Shown here: in pieces, positions 49,034-63,020 of the stretch
Numbering within the stretch: position 1 is the stretch's first letter
Layout of the letters: every line of letters begins with the position of its first letter
NCBI RefSeq assembly: GCF_036321535.1
Contig: NC_087436.1
Location: forward strand, 83,268,001-83,332,000
DNA from: Camelus dromedarius
Lineage: Eukaryota
Direction: 5' to 3'
DNA length: 64,000 bases
Notes under the pieces: model-generated
What the model was told of the DNA's origin: nothing
The model's input: the letters and a program-made list of their open reading frames with translations, nothing else
Database searches by the model: none
Program-made: the position numbers and the translations under genes

Positions 49034-52000
49034 TTCTCCAAACCATTTATCCTCAGAAACATCAGTACAATTCATCAGAACATAATGCTAATAAGGCCCA
49101 GGGTACATGTTTCATTCTAGGTACTGGGCAGGTCATTTTAACTGGTTCTAGGCTGACATTTATATACGTACTTTAAAATTTTAGCCAGTTAATTAAGAAG
49201 GGAACCGGGCAAGAACTTGGATGGAATAGTACAAATCCACCCCTAAACGCCACAGAAGAACTCAAAGTACGTGCCCACCTAATGGTTGGTCAGTAAGGAC
49301 ATTTTCTTCAGCAATGCCTGGGACTTACTGGTACCCAAAACAAGGTGATTCATGGCAAAGGTGATTGGACCACAATGGATGTTATAAATCATTATGCTGT
49401 TTTCTTTTCAAGAAATGGACAATAAAATGCCTTCTCTGGCTACCATTCTGCTCCTGGATGACACAAATTCCGACACCTAGTCTATTTTTTAGTTTGCTGT
49501 GAGACTTGATAAACCATCAGCTCACTGTTATTGGCTTGTGTATGTGTACTGAAGATGAAAATGATTAACAACAGTTTGAGTTTGTACAGAACTTCCTTTC
49601 TGGAATCTTTTATTTTTGGCAGGTGTGTGGGAGGACTGGGGGAAATCACATGATATCAAATAGAATTTCAGCAAAGGACATACAACCCCAGTCATACATT
49701 TTTATGCACGTAGGTAATTTTTGATATGAATATTTAGAAACATCTTGGCTAAGCTAATTTTTAGATGTGCACCACATGGCTTTTTATTTTACTAGAAGAT
49801 TTTTTGTTTTATTTATTTATGTCCCACATGCTCTAGTTGAGGCTTAAGGTGGTTTACAAAATTAGCACACACACAAAAAAGCTAAAATGAAAACCAGGAC
49901 AAAACAACCTCACTTGCCAGTAAGGGGATTGGACAAAGGCCACTTAGACATTGTGTGTGTATTTTGTTGGTGTCATCATTTGTTAGGGAAAATTGGCAAT
50001 ACACTACACAGCCTTAAAGAGTCTGCATTCTGCCTAACCCAGCAATTCCACTTTTAGGAATTTATCTTAAGGAAATAATCAAGAGTGAGAGCAAATGTTT
50101 AGCAGTGTTTACTATGTGTAGCTATGTCACTCTATTGTCTATGATGGCAATGGATTAAAAATAATTTAAACGTGCAACAAGTGGGAAATTGGTTAATTTA
50201 TATACATGCATGGGGAAATGACAAAATATTAGAACTAAAAATGGGTGGTGAAATACCAGATCATTTTTCTTTTCTTTTTTCTTACATGTATTTTACACAT
50301 CTTATATAGTGATATTTAATGCATTTACCGTGGAGAGAAAAACAGGTTTTTTTTTTTTTTAAGTAGGCAAGAAAATGCATACAATGGGACAATGACAGAG
50401 CAAAGTTAAAATGAACCTTGAAATGAAGTTACTTCTCAAAATGCATGCAATAAGATTCTGTACAGATGGGACATACATTTTGCTTTAGGCTTCAAAAGCC
50501 ATTGGAAAAAGGGAAACAGAATCAGCTGTAGGTATCTACAAGGTAAGATACTATAGTATCTTAAGTATAAAGTAAGAACAGTTTGTTGGTCAACAACTTA
50601 AAAATAAATATAATGGCTGATTTCACTGGGCTTTTACCTACACATAGGATGAAAACAAAATGCCAAAGGCCAACAGAATGTTAAATACCAGTTATAACTT
50701 CCCTTTTATACATAAAAGGTAGCCATAAAGTTTGGAAACACAAACAATGCTATTTTTTTTACAGATTTATAATAAATAAATTATAGTATATATCAATTTT
50801 ACAGATACAACTCCTTTGATTATTTACTTCTTCTGGAGTATGCTAAAAGTATAGGTTTATTTAGTGAAAATGAGAGGGAGGAATTGACCTAGGCAATGCA
50901 CTGCAGATGCCTCTGCTAGGAATAAGGAAAAAGCTGTGTTAGGGCACCACACTCTTTGTAACATGAACTATGCATTGCTACAAAGCTCTGCTGCGTACAA
51001 TCTTCAGGGACAAATCAAAGCTCACCCTAAAGGCTTTCTTAGGAAATGCTCAGTGATCCAATCTTGTTAATGTTAATTAATTTCAACCCACATGACACTG
51101 GTGAGTTTCTTATATTTAAGGTAAGGTGCTTGTATCTCATCCAAATGCCTTGATAAGAAAAAAAAAAAGCAAACTTAAACTATGAATAGTTTCAAGAAAA
51201 CAAAGGAATAGTCATAAGGGCTGTAAGATCTTTGTAGTCAGGAATGATACTTCTTGCACAGCAACACTACAGATAGAAAACATTCAATAAATACTTAATA
51301 ATTATTTGATTGATGGCAATATTGATTTACCATATCTTTCTTACAAGTTATTTTTTCACATTAATAAATTAATGCTGTATATTATAGGACAGTTTTCAAT
51401 AAGCTTAGATAATTTAGTCTGGGAATATTTAGGCCTCTTGGATAAGCTATTAAACAACCAAAAACAGTGAAAAAAATGTGAAAAATGTTTCACAACCAAT
51501 TTTTCCCTTGAGTATTGACTTGACTGACAAAATAAGTATTTTGTTGGGGGTTTGGGGGAACCAAGAAACACTGTTGTGATTGTGTAGCTTTACAGGCTAC
51601 CCACTTGTCAATAATCAGTGCTTTCCCTTCCTAGAGATGAAGACACTTCTTCAGAAGTACACCTGTGAGACAGAATGTTGTAGCTGACCTGGTTTTTCCC
51701 CCACATGTTTAATCTGAGATACCAGGAGTCTGTTTCTTTCCAAGTTTACCAAGTGAATGTTTGTCTGCAGAGTAAGTAAGTAAACACATTGAACAATCAT
51801 TATTAAACAGTATTCCTAATGTAATGAAAATTGAAAGAAATCCAAACTAGGCATATGCATTTCAAGAAGTGAGTTGTGCCGAACGGATCAAATCGACATC
51901 TGTTCAGGTGGAGGTGCAGCAGCCCTGGGAATCATCAGCCCCTGTCACTGGGGATTCCTCATCTGCTCAGCGCTGGAACTGGACGACACAGTTAGAATTT

Positions 52001-54199
52001 ATTACGCTATTTGTTTATTTACGGTTTTCTAACATTTTTTAATGTGAACTTTTCAAACACACAGAAAAGTTGGAAATAATGTATAGTGAACAAGCCATCT
52101 ACCCACCACATAGAATCTACAATTAACATTTTGTTATACTGGGTTTATCACAGATCTATCCATCTATCCATGTTTGTCCATCCTTCAATCCAGCTTTTAA
52201 AATACACATTTCAAAATAAGTTGCTGACATCAGACACTTCTTCCTAAATACTTCAGCATACATAGCATTTAACTGGATCTCAGTGTTGTTTACAGTTCTT
52301 GTTGGGGTTAAATCTTTTATAATATGAATGTTTTTCGTTAATAAAATTTATCCTGCTCAGCAACTATATAGTCCTTTGTATGGATATTTGGTTAATGCTT
52401 GCCTCCCCATCCATTGTAACAGGGACTATGCCATTTTGCTCACCAGCGTATCCACAGGGTCTGGTATTACAGCAGATGCTCAATACACAGTATATTTGTT
52501 AGGGAACATGTGGGAAGTTGGAAAGAAAGGGATGGAGGACTGAGCTTTAGAAATGGAAGGAAGAAGTAAACCATGGCCTCTTCAAGTCAGTTTAAATACC
52601 TCCTATTATGACTGCTGTTGTGGCTAGGGCCATTTAAAGCCATTTTGGTAAATGGAGTAGGACATGTTTGCTGAGGAAACTGCCATTTTATGTTGGTTCA
52701 ATTAAGAAAATAAAATGAAGTACTGTGGGTACCTTCATTGATTGTTCTACATCTGAGTGGGTCCCCAGGGTTCTGGCTGTTGTTTTATTTGGTAAGGAAG
52801 CCTATAGTACCTCAGTCTGTAATTTAGACATCACTCCTATCTCAACTCCAGACTTGAATCTTTGATGACCAACTTTTCCTCAAGATAAAATTTCATATGA
52901 AAAACATTTGTGCCATGGACTAGAGATACTGACCTAAATGCTGATTGATTACAAACCTCATATTTGACACATGAAAACAAAACCTCACTCTCTCCTTCTC
53001 AAGCATAGGGAACCCTCCTTCCCACCAGGTCTCCTCTTTGGCCATTCCTTCAGTCTCTGAACTGGGATTATGTCTCTGTGAGACGCCTGGACTTTTGTGA
53101 AACTGCCACACCTCTGGAGCATAAGAGAATTGTGTTAATCTGGTCCCCAGTGTTTCTAAAGTGTGTCCAGTGTGATTCAGACTTCAAAGGTTGGAATTAT
53201 TTTCTTAGATGATGTTAGCTACCTGGTAACTGAGATTTTGCTTTCTTATCTTGTCTCTGGACAAGATTTGACAACTTGTCTTATGTCACTGAGAATACAT
53301 ATGCCAGCCAACAGTGCCCTGTCCCCAGGATATATATATACTGCATACTCTCCCAGACTTCTTTTCAGCTTGGTCAATCTGGTAAATTCTTAGAGAAGGT
53401 AATTGCAGACCCGACCTGATTTGAACGTCCTTGGGAAGAATCTGGCCTCAAAGGATCTTCCCAGTTCAAATGGCAGGTTACAGAAATTCTTCCACTAGTA
53501 AAGTCATTCCTTTGGATTAATGTAGTACTTTCCCCGTGTTCTGCTTCTGTGTTGCAAATTTATGGGGGGAGAGGAGGGCGGTGGACTCTTGAAGTCACCT
53601 TTGTGAGAATGTTTTCTTTAAAACATCATCTATGGATCAGACGGGGACTAGGGGAACTCGGTAAGCTCTGTGACCTTGGGGAGGTAGGGGAAAGCTGTGA
53701 TATTCAGTGCCAGGGAAAGCAGGGGACAAACTTCTTTATACATTACTGGGTTTTATGCCACATGGTCTCTCCAAGACGAGAAGATTTAAGATCTCCCGTT
53801 CAGTGACTTGTTTCCATGCTCTCCCAGCCACCACCCTCCAATCTTCCCCAAGCCCCCCTTGCGTCTGCAGCACCGCTCTCCTCTTCCACCCCCAACTCTC
53901 TACGAGGTTCCTGGGCGAGCGCCGACCTCCTTCCCGCCTCTCCCGTCGCGCAGCCCAGCTTTCGGCTCGGCGCCTTCTCCAGTCCTCCAAAGGCGAGTGA
54001 CACAAGACTCCTCCACCGTGGATGGAATAAGACGCTAAATAAATCACCTTCAGTTGTCACCCTCTAGCTTTTCCCCCTGTGCCCAAGGCTTTTGGTCACC
54101 TCTGCACAAATAAGATTCGGAGCCCAGAACCTGAAAAACCAACCGCTGTTCAGTTCTTTTCGCTTCACCGCCAGTGAAAAGCAATCCTATTTTAGCGCT

Positions 54200-55420
54200 A
54201 ACGCTCTGTGTCTTGCAGCCGGATCTTGGCCGACACACACTCGCGCCGCTGTCCCCTCGCCGGGCCCGCAGGTCCTGTCACCTCCGGCCGCCCCCGCCTC
54301 CCTCCCGGGCCTGGGCCTCTCCCCGCCTCCCGCCGCCGGACCTCGCCGCTCCGCCTCCCGCCCGCTGGGGCCGACTTTGGTGTGGGCCCGCCCCAGAAGG
54401 GCGCCCATTGGCCGGGTGGGCCGTCCTTCACCCGGCGCATTCCGCCGCCCGCAGGCTTGCGGGGAAACTTCCTTATTATTGTGACGCCGAAATCGGAGAA
54501 ACCCCGCGCCAGACCAGTGGAGCTGTCACAGTCGGAATCCCAAGCAGCGGTTCGGTGGCCGCCACGGTGCGCGGGGCGGGGGCCTGGGTTCTAGGAAGGA
54601 GGGTATCGCGGAGCTGCAGACGCACGGCCGCCGCGTTCCGCGGCGCACGGCTGTCAGCGCGCGGCTCCGGGAGGGGCGGCTGCGGCTGCGGCTACCGAGC
54701 GCTTCCCGCGACGACCTGGGGCCGGGCGCGCGGGGAGGTCGGGGCGCGGCGCCTGCAGTGGCTGCGGGGCGCGGGCGGCGGGGCCGCGCCGGGGCCAGGC
54801 GCGCGGGGTGCCTGTCGGCCTTTCGTGCGCCTCCCTGGCGCTCTTGGGGCTCTCCCTCTAACCTAAAGAACCTCGCGCCCAGAGAGGCCGGAAGCCGCTT
54901 TAAAAACGGGAGCGCCCTCCACCCCAACTCGGCTGCCAGCCGACCGGGAGGAATTGCGACGCAGAAAGTCAAAAGGAGGATCCTCCCCTTCCTCCTCGCC
55001 GACCCCTATTTAAATTCCGGGGCTCCGGTGACACCGTTGCGGTGAGGGGCGCGGACGCTTCCTCGCGAAATGCGAGCCGGCGAGGCCTCCACGTTTTGGG
55101 GAACCCTGGCGGCGTCCGGGAGTTTGCGCTGAGGACTGAGGGCTCGGCGGCCGCGGTGACAGTGCCGGTGGGGCCGCGGTTCTGGGCACTACCCACCTCG
55201 CGGAGGCCGTGCCCGGCTGGCCTCGTCGGAGTCCGCCTCCTGGGCGGAGCCGGGGCGAGGGTGTGTGTGGACACGTGTGTGTGCCGACACGTAAGTGCGC
55301 GGACGGGCGCGGAGGTGTCAGGAACTGGGACGTTCGGAGGTAGGTGGCACTTTGAGTCATTTGTGAATGTGTGGATTTGGCAAACCCGGACAACTGAAAC
55401 AGACGAGCGTGGAGCGCGGT
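54200..55420 (+). promoter_or_regulatory. HERC3: Large CpG island; promoter and non-coding first exon(s), most likely HERC3
   Basis: Very high GC and CpG, multiple GC boxes, CCAAT on the reverse strand near 54406, splice donors at 55042 (gtgagg) and 55291 (gtaagt); known order HERC5-PYURF/PIGY-HERC3; 54475-54555 resembles the HERC3 5' end as I recall it. Confidence 0.75.
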
Positions 55421-56919
55421 AGAGACCGCACCTGAAGCAACTATGCCTTGATTCTGGGTATGCGCTGTGGGCTCCGGGAAATGTGTATTTGAAATTTGCT
55501 TTTGGTGTGCCGGTGTTTTTATTTGTTTTGTGATTCCGTTTTACTTTAGCTTTTCAATCAGGCCCCATTAGGAAGTACCTTAAATTCAGAGCTAAGCCTT
55601 CCAGGATTTTGCTTGCATTCGTTACGCACGGAATGCTTTAGGAAAGACGATTCAAGAGCTGTCTTTCATTTTTTGTGTCTCCTGGCTCTTTCCACAAATA
55701 GGAAGCTATTTCTAGAACCTTTCATCTGATGATTTGATAACATCAAGTGAGCTGCTTTTTTAACTGCAGACTGAGGAGAAAGAAAAGTGAAATAAAATGA
55801 GGATTAACATCCTTTTTAAATGCAGTGACTCTGGAGAGAGATGCCTTCTGGTTTTAGTTGCAGATTACTGTGAAGCTCTCCGTACTTTACGCTGGGGGCA
55901 GGTGGATGGAATTATAAATCACAAAAAAAGAGTAATATATTTCACCTGTTTTAAAGCAAAATAGATGAATTACACATCATTGACCACATCGAGGCTAGGA
56001 ACCTTCTGGAGAAAGGATGCAGGAATCAAGGAGGAAGATTTGAAATCTCTTTGGCAGAACTCCTCCTTTGGCATGAAAAGAAGAAACACAGTTGGTTAAG
56101 CAGGCAGTTTTACTTTTTCAGTAAGTAGTTGGGTTTTTATTTTTGAGAAAGGAAACAGAGATTCCAAAATGTTCCAAATGGTGTGGTTGGAGCCATTGGT
56201 TATAGCATTTCATTCTAAGTAACAAATCTAAATTTCTTAAGGTTTGCATAATAATTTATAAAAACTTTTTTTATACATTAGAGTTGCACCCGGACTGGAG
56301 ATACAAGATAGTTTTGCTTCAGTTTCAGAAATAAAAATATTCTCCAAATTGAATGGAAGTTTCTTACATTACATAGAAATAAAGTTATGATGAAAATATC
56401 TTAAAATCATGCAGGACTTTTTCTTTTAAGAGACCTAAAGTGCCTCTCAGATAGTACCATCTTGTTTTGCATGAAAGAGGATGTGGTGTTGAGAAAGAAG
56501 GAAAGATAGAAGAAAGACTTCAAAACAGGTGTGGTAAAATAAGCTATAATGTGTGCGGTACATGGAAAAAAGGAAGGAGAAAATTGAATTATTTTTCAAA
56601 AATTTATTTTTTTAACCTAAATGGGGAATTTAAAAATAATTTTATTTTTACTTTTACATCTACTACAAATGCCAGGAATTTTTGAAGGTGCTCTTTACAT
56701 CTCTAAGTTCACTTTTAGAAGTGACAGCTTCGTAGTTGATTAGCAGTTATCTTATTGGTATTTTAACCAGATTTTTGAGATACAATGTTTGGGGAATATT
56801 CAAGCTTGCGTGATTTAAAGATATTTTATTTTCAGAAGTTTACTTTCCCTTTTGTTTTCAATAACATGAAAGTACTTTGTAGAGTTCTATACAAATATTA
56901 ATTATTATTTAACTTGCAG

Positions 56920-56981
56920 ATCTGCCAGGTGAGGTGGAACCATTCTGGCTTGTGGTACAGATGCCAAGTGTGTGACCTGTG
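56920..56981 (+). other. HERC3: Probable HERC3 non-coding 5'UTR exon 2
   Basis: ttgcag acceptor (alternative cag at 56926-56928) and TG|gtgagt donor; resembles the HERC3 5'UTR as recalled; overlaps a MIR. Confidence 0.6.
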
Positions 56982-58439
56982 GTGAGTTACTTAATTTCTC
57001 TGAACCTCGGTTTCCTCATCTTGTACTTGGGGATAATATGTAACTCACAGAATTGATAAGAAGATTAAATGGGAGAATCTACGTAAAGGACTCAAGATAG
57101 CTGCCTAGAGAGAGATCTTAACAAATCCTTACTGACTTCCTTCTGCTGTGATGTAGTGAGAACAAGGTGAGCCCAGGAAGTAGGAGACCTAGTTTCTAGT
57201 CTCCACTTCAATCAGTTACTTCTCAGAGGACCAAAGTTAGCTTCAGCTGCTATTAAATGAGGTTAGAACTGGAACTCTCTGTCTTAGAGGTTGGATCAAA
57301 TGGACTTGTAAGGTCTCTCTAATAAGATGATCCCTTTGATGATATAACTCTGCCTCTTTACACATTTACTACATTTAGAAACAGGACTTGCAGGTGTCGG
57401 GGGCATGTGTTTCTATGTGTGAATCAGTAAGTGAACTAGTTTTATTGTTAAGTCAGGGTGGATGTGGAGGAAAGTCTGGCTAACTGTTGAGATTGCCTCA
57501 CCCATCCCTCCTGTCTCTGGCTAACGTAGGTTCCAGTTGCCTGTAAACATGGCCAGTGATTCAGCTAATATGAGCTCACTACTGCAACATCTTTTAACAT
57601 TTGTTTTCAGAGTTGGAGTAGGAATGTAGCTTGGCTTTGTTTTATTTCAGTGATAGTGTAGCATCCTGTTTAAGAGCATGGACTTTGGAGTCAGGTAGGT
57701 AAGATTTGAGTCCTGCCTTTGCCACTTAAACTAAGTTTCTACCACAGCTGGTACTTACTTACACATTCTTGGGCAAATGACTTCACCTTGCTCAGTCTTG
57801 AGGTTATTGTAAAGGGCAAATTAAATGATCTAAGTAAAGTTTTTAGCACAGACTCAGACACACTGTAGGCTTGCAGTAATAGTAACTATTTCTTTGTCTT
57901 TATTCAACAACTATTTATTGAGTCCCTACTTTGTGCCAGACACTATTCTAGTCTCTGGGGGTAGAGACATGAACGAAAGAGGCTCAGTTCTTCACAGAGC
58001 TTCACACAGCTTCCATTCCCCTACTCTAGCACTGAGAAACACCAAGTGGATGACAGCTTGGGTTGTAAAAGGCGTTCTACTTTCAGAGCTGCTAAAATGT
58101 GGTGAGAGGAGAGTCCATTTTGGAATGGAGGAAATACATTGTTGTTGGGTTTTTGTTATTGTTGTTATTGCATTGGGATGTTTACCTCACATTACCTGGC
58201 AAGCAGAACTGTTAACAAATTTAGATTGTGGGAGTTCTGGTTTTCTCAGATTTAGATTCAGTCCTCTAGGCACTTAGGAAGCATCTCTGAGCTCCTGCCT
58301 GTATTGTGCTGGGAATGGGAAATAGAGAGATGATGAAAACCTGGTTCTCATCGTGGAGAAGCGCTCAGTCCGCACATGGGCGGGGAATTGGTGGGTGAGA
58401 TGCAGGAAGCAGTGATCCTACCTCAATAGTACTTCTCAC

Positions 58440-59410
58440 TTTTTCTTTATTGTGAAGTATCTGTGAGTGTGAAGCAATATGTGTGGTAGATATGCTGAGA
58501 AACAGCAGTAAAAGGGCCGGTCAGCTGAGCTACTGAAGCTCCCATTGTGCTCCTTGTGGGTTGTACCCTCCAGCTCTACACATACAAAGATCTCTCTTAA
58601 TCTTTGTATTGATCTCTTTTTTGCTTTTCTTCATGGCTTTACCACCACTAATATTTTTATCTCTAAATACCTGTTTGCAAAAATGCCTCACACTCTGCAT
58701 TCTTCTGTGACTCCCCCCAACCCAACACTGTTTTTAAGATTTAGCTACACTGTTGTTTGTAGATGGAATTCATTTATTTTTCACTGCTGTTCAGTGTTCT
58801 GTTTTATGCATGTGCTGTAGTTTATCCATTTTCTTACAGATGGACATTTGGATCGTTTTTGTTCTGTGTATTTCAAACAATCCTGAAATGAAGATTCTTG
58901 CGCATATATCTTGGGGTACAGATTCATGAATTTCTTGCTGTATTGTACAGTAAGATAGCCACTGCCATATGTGACTACTTGAATTAAAATAATTAAAATT
59001 AAATAACATTAAAATTCAGTTCCTCAGTCACGTTAGCCACATTTCAGGTACTCAGTAGCCACATGTGGCTAGTGGCTACCATGTTGGACAGTACAGATGT
59101 GTAACATTTCCATCATCACAGGAAGATCTCAGTTGCCAGATTTTACCCATCTGTGTATCTCCAGCTCTCAGCATAGTGAAGGAGCATCACAGATACCGGG
59201 TAGTTTGGACAGTGCTGGTCATATACCTAGGAATGAAATGACTGCTGTGGGGTGGTTACATCTTCACCTTCACTAGGTGATGCCCACTTATTTTCCACAG
59301 TGATTCTGCCAGTTTACACTCCCATCAGCTGTGGGTAAGTGTCCTGGTTGCTCTATATCGTTGACTTAACACTGTCAGACTTTTTAATTCTTGCCAGTCT
59401 GGTCAAGTGT
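58440..59410. mobile_element. Old L1M fragment with a nested MER3/MER33-like MITE (~58945-59215)
   Basis: aaattcagttcctcagtcac...agccacatgtggctagtggctacc within L1-like sequence. Confidence 0.6.
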
Positions 59411-60256
59411 CTTTTGAAGGCAGCCCGAAGCTTATGCAGACAATGGAGTGCTCATTCTCATAGTTTTACAAAGCGCAGCACCGGGCAGTAAAGAAGGCCC
59501 CACCTGTGCAGGGCTCATCAGGGAGGGGTAGGAATGTTTCCTGTGTTGGTAAAAGGGCCTGAGGACCAAAGTCCAGCTGAAGTGAAGGTGAGGGAGGAAA
59601 CAGCAAGGAGTGGGTTCACGTTGTTGAAAACTTCTCTCTGCCTTCGGTGCCATTTCTGCCTGTGGTAGTAAACTTTTTGACAATGAAACATGTCATTAGA
59701 ATAAATCTTTTTGTTACTGGAGTTAATTCTGCATTTGAGTTTGGGCTACAAATTTCTTTAAAGCTTGGGTTTGGGGAGTGTCTGCAGAGCCCTGAAGCCT
59801 TGGACATTCCCTTTTCCTGCTGTTGAAGGAAACCCTCCCTTCCCATACACCAGTCAGGCGATGGCTTCTGAGCTTATTTGAAAGGAAGCTTATCCCTGTT
59901 AACACATGAGATCAGAAGTCCTGCCTGAGTGTTATTTAGGTGTCAGTGACATTCAAACAAAGAAAATAAGAATCAGTTGTTAGGCTGATGTTTGCATAGT
60001 CTGATTAACAAGACAAAGTTTAGGAATCCCAGCTTGTCTTTTAGCATTCAGCTCACTAAGATAATAAAAGATTTATCTCCCCTCCCCCTACCACCCCTTT
60101 GTCCTCCCCAGAGTGTAAAAGAAAATGCGTTGAAAAAACTTTGTCCTAGCAACCTCGGATGTCCTTTGTGAACGTTATGACTGATGGAGGTAGTGCTGCT
60201 TTGCCATCGTGCAAATTTGGCGGAACAGCAGATGCCAACCACAGGGGAAAGGAGTC

Positions 60257-60298
60257 ACTCCCCTAGCCTGTTTTGGGACTCCCCTAGCCTGTTTTGGG
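60257..60298. repeat. Perfect 21-bp tandem duplication
   Basis: ACTCCCCTAGCCTGTTTTGGG twice. Confidence 0.9.
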
Positions 60299-62092
60299 GC
60301 TCCCCTGTTTGCTGAGGTTCCAGAGAAGAGCACCGGGAGTGGGAGTAGCAGTGTCTACAGCAGCTGACTTCATTGACCACTTACACTGTATGCCCTCTTT
60401 ACGGACATTCTGTCGTTAGTCCTCATGACAACCCTGTCACTCTCCTTGCCACTTTGGCAACAGGAAACAGGCTTAGAGTGTTTAAATATCTTTCCCAAGT
60501 CTTCGCAGCTAGCATGTGGTTAATTCTGGGGCTTGAACTTTAGTCCTTTGGACCCTTAAGCCCTACTAAGATTATCCTGAATCTTTTACCAAAAATAGAT
60601 GAGGAGAAGGACTGGGAAAAGTACCAGGTGTGACATGCAGGGGATGGACCGCCCAACTTTCTTCCTTTTCTTTTGTGTTGGGGAGATAAGACGCAGGAAA
60701 GGGGTGGGCTGGATTGAAGCACCTGGGACAGCTGAGGTGGTGTAGATGCTGAGTGCTGTCCTGTGTTCTTCTGTCGCACCTTTTGTAACTGTGTGTCTTG
60801 AAGGGAAATAAAAGATTCTACTTCAGTAGAAGCAAGGGAGAGATGGTGAGTGAGGAAAAATGGGTGGGAGGACACAGGAGATCAGAATGCCAACTGATAA
60901 AAACATCGCTGGAGCTAGACCTTTGAATTCGCGGACACCAGTAGCTACGAGGTTCGGGATTCCACCAGAGTGTGCTCTCTTAATGGCTGGCTTCTCTTCC
61001 ATGAACTGAACCTCTCTCTTGAGAGCTAGATGATTTTAGCTCCTGCTGCTCTAGTTTTGGCAGAGCATTGTGATGAGCCAGACTGTATTTGCAATTAGGG
61101 TTAATAATCCATTCATAGAAATTATATCTTCTCTGTGGTTGCAGTTTAGTTACCTCCAATTAGTTTTCATTTGACTGCTTGAAGATTGCATTGCTATAAT
61201 TCAGGTGGGAAGGGTTTTAACAATAGTTCTATTTATATTTCTTTACAAATAATTTCTATTAGTTAATCAGGGATAAGGCCATACCTCAGGCTGCTTATCC
61301 AGGCTTGTAGTTGGCCAAAGTACTCAGAGTTCAGCTGACGCTTAAGGACTGACTCATCCTAAACAAACTTACAAGATGCTGATAGATGCAGGATGCCAAA
61401 TTAATGGTGAGAAGTAGAAATGCCAAGAAGGCTGAGATGCTTTGGTCACTGGGTCACGGTATGCTTTGCCAGTAGTGGGATCTACCTTGGAAACCAAGTT
61501 ATTTAAGGTTGCTTATTAATCATGAACTCTCAGCAGGGCAAGTAGCTGGGTGAGTTTAGTGACTAATGTTATGGAGTCTAATCCTCCCATCTGTACTCTT
61601 GGGCAATAATTACTTAGCAGATGAAATAGTCGGGGTGACTGGTTATGATACCCTTTCTCTCTGGATGGTGCTGGAGGTATTGACAAGTCCTGACTATTTG
61701 GCTGTCCATTTCCTAGACTCCTTACACAGCAAACTAGTCAAGAGTACATATTCTGGGCTTAAATCCTATCTCTGCCACTACCCAGTTGTGCAGCTTAGCT
61801 AAGTACTTCAACACTTGCTGTCTCATTTTATTTTCTTTTTCTTCATTTTTTTTAAATTTTACTTTCTTCATCTGCGAATTAGAGATAATAGCCGTACTTA
61901 CCTCATGGAAGAATAAATGATTTAAGATCTGTAAATCATGTAGAAAAGTGCCAGATGCAGTGTAAGCTCAGATGAAGTCTTACCTGCTATTATTGTTAAA
62001 AAGTCATCTTATCAGCCAGGAGTTTTTAATTTCAAGTGACAGAGATCCAGTTCAAACAGTCTTAAACAGACAAGGGAACTATCAGGCTGTAT

Positions 62093-63020
62093 AGAGTTGA
62101 TTCTTATCATTCGTGGTAAGTAAGTTCTATGAAGTTGCTGTGAACCCAAATTAGTAAAGACTGAGCCATTGCTCCCAGGGAACCACGGGGTTAGTTAGCT
62201 TCCTGTCAAAAGCCTCCATCAACAGATCAATACATAACCTTGTTTTGTGTGTGCTTAAGTGTGTTGCTGTTTAGATTCCTTATTTGATATTTATTTCTTA
62301 CAAATGATTAATTCTGTACAATATTTCTTTGTAATAAAACACTAGTCAGGAAGCATTTTTAGCATTTTCCTGACCCTGGCTAATGTGATGGTAAATTTCT
62401 TTGGCTTTCAGCCTTACAACGTAATGTCCACTCCATGCTGTAATCAGTCATCAGTCCCGAATCCACAGATTCAGTTGCTCTTCCGTCTTTTCTGTAGCTT
62501 CATTATGAGCTCACTGTAGCTGTTACTTTGGCACTTTCCAGTGGCCCCATGTACAGATCAGTGAATTTCCTCTTTTTTCGTTAGCATTGATCTCACAGCC
62601 AACAGCGCTGGAACTTAGGCATGAATGAAGCTCATTAATCACATGTGTTTTCTTTGCAAGGCACATCACGGCCTTCTTGTACTTAGGAACACTAGACAGT
62701 ACTTCAGCGTTATGCTTGGGGGCCATTTTAAACAGTGAAATCACCACCAAAAAATGTGAAAGAATGAAAAATATGGTCATAAGCAGATGAAAAAAGAGCA
62801 CTTGCTTACAGTATGCGAGTTGAAACAAGAAGGTAGAACATTGTCTTGTTTGACTCCAGCTGGGACATGCACACAGGGTGGCTCAAATTTTTCACCTCTT
62901 TTCACACTCTTGCACATTCTTCTGGGAATGACTGCAGAAATACTCTGAGCATTGATTTTGAGGTTACAAATCAATTTCAGTGAGTAGGCAAACTCACTAG
63001 GATGGGATAATGAAACTCAA
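62093..63020 (-). mobile_element. Tigger6/MER82-type TcMar DNA transposon remnant
   Basis: Degraded pogo/CENP-B-type N-terminus (MAPKHNAEVLSSVPKYKKAVMCLAKK...SAVGCEINANE); terminal sequence resembles the family. Confidence 0.7.

Noticed and set aside
51635..51771. Exon-shaped segments with good splice sites here and at 38718-38759
   Set aside because: No coding signal or HERC homology; such site pairs are common by chance and need RNA evidence
17000..53500. Searched for an extra or decayed HERC paralogue between PIGY and HERC3
   Set aside because: I could not recognise any RCC1-repeat or HECT exon remnants by eye; tBLASTn with HERC3/5/6 proteins would be decisive
53700..55422. Many overlapping 80-230 aa ORFs rich in Arg/Gly/Pro/Ala
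   Set aside because: Expected from stop-codon scarcity in a CpG island; no recognisable domains
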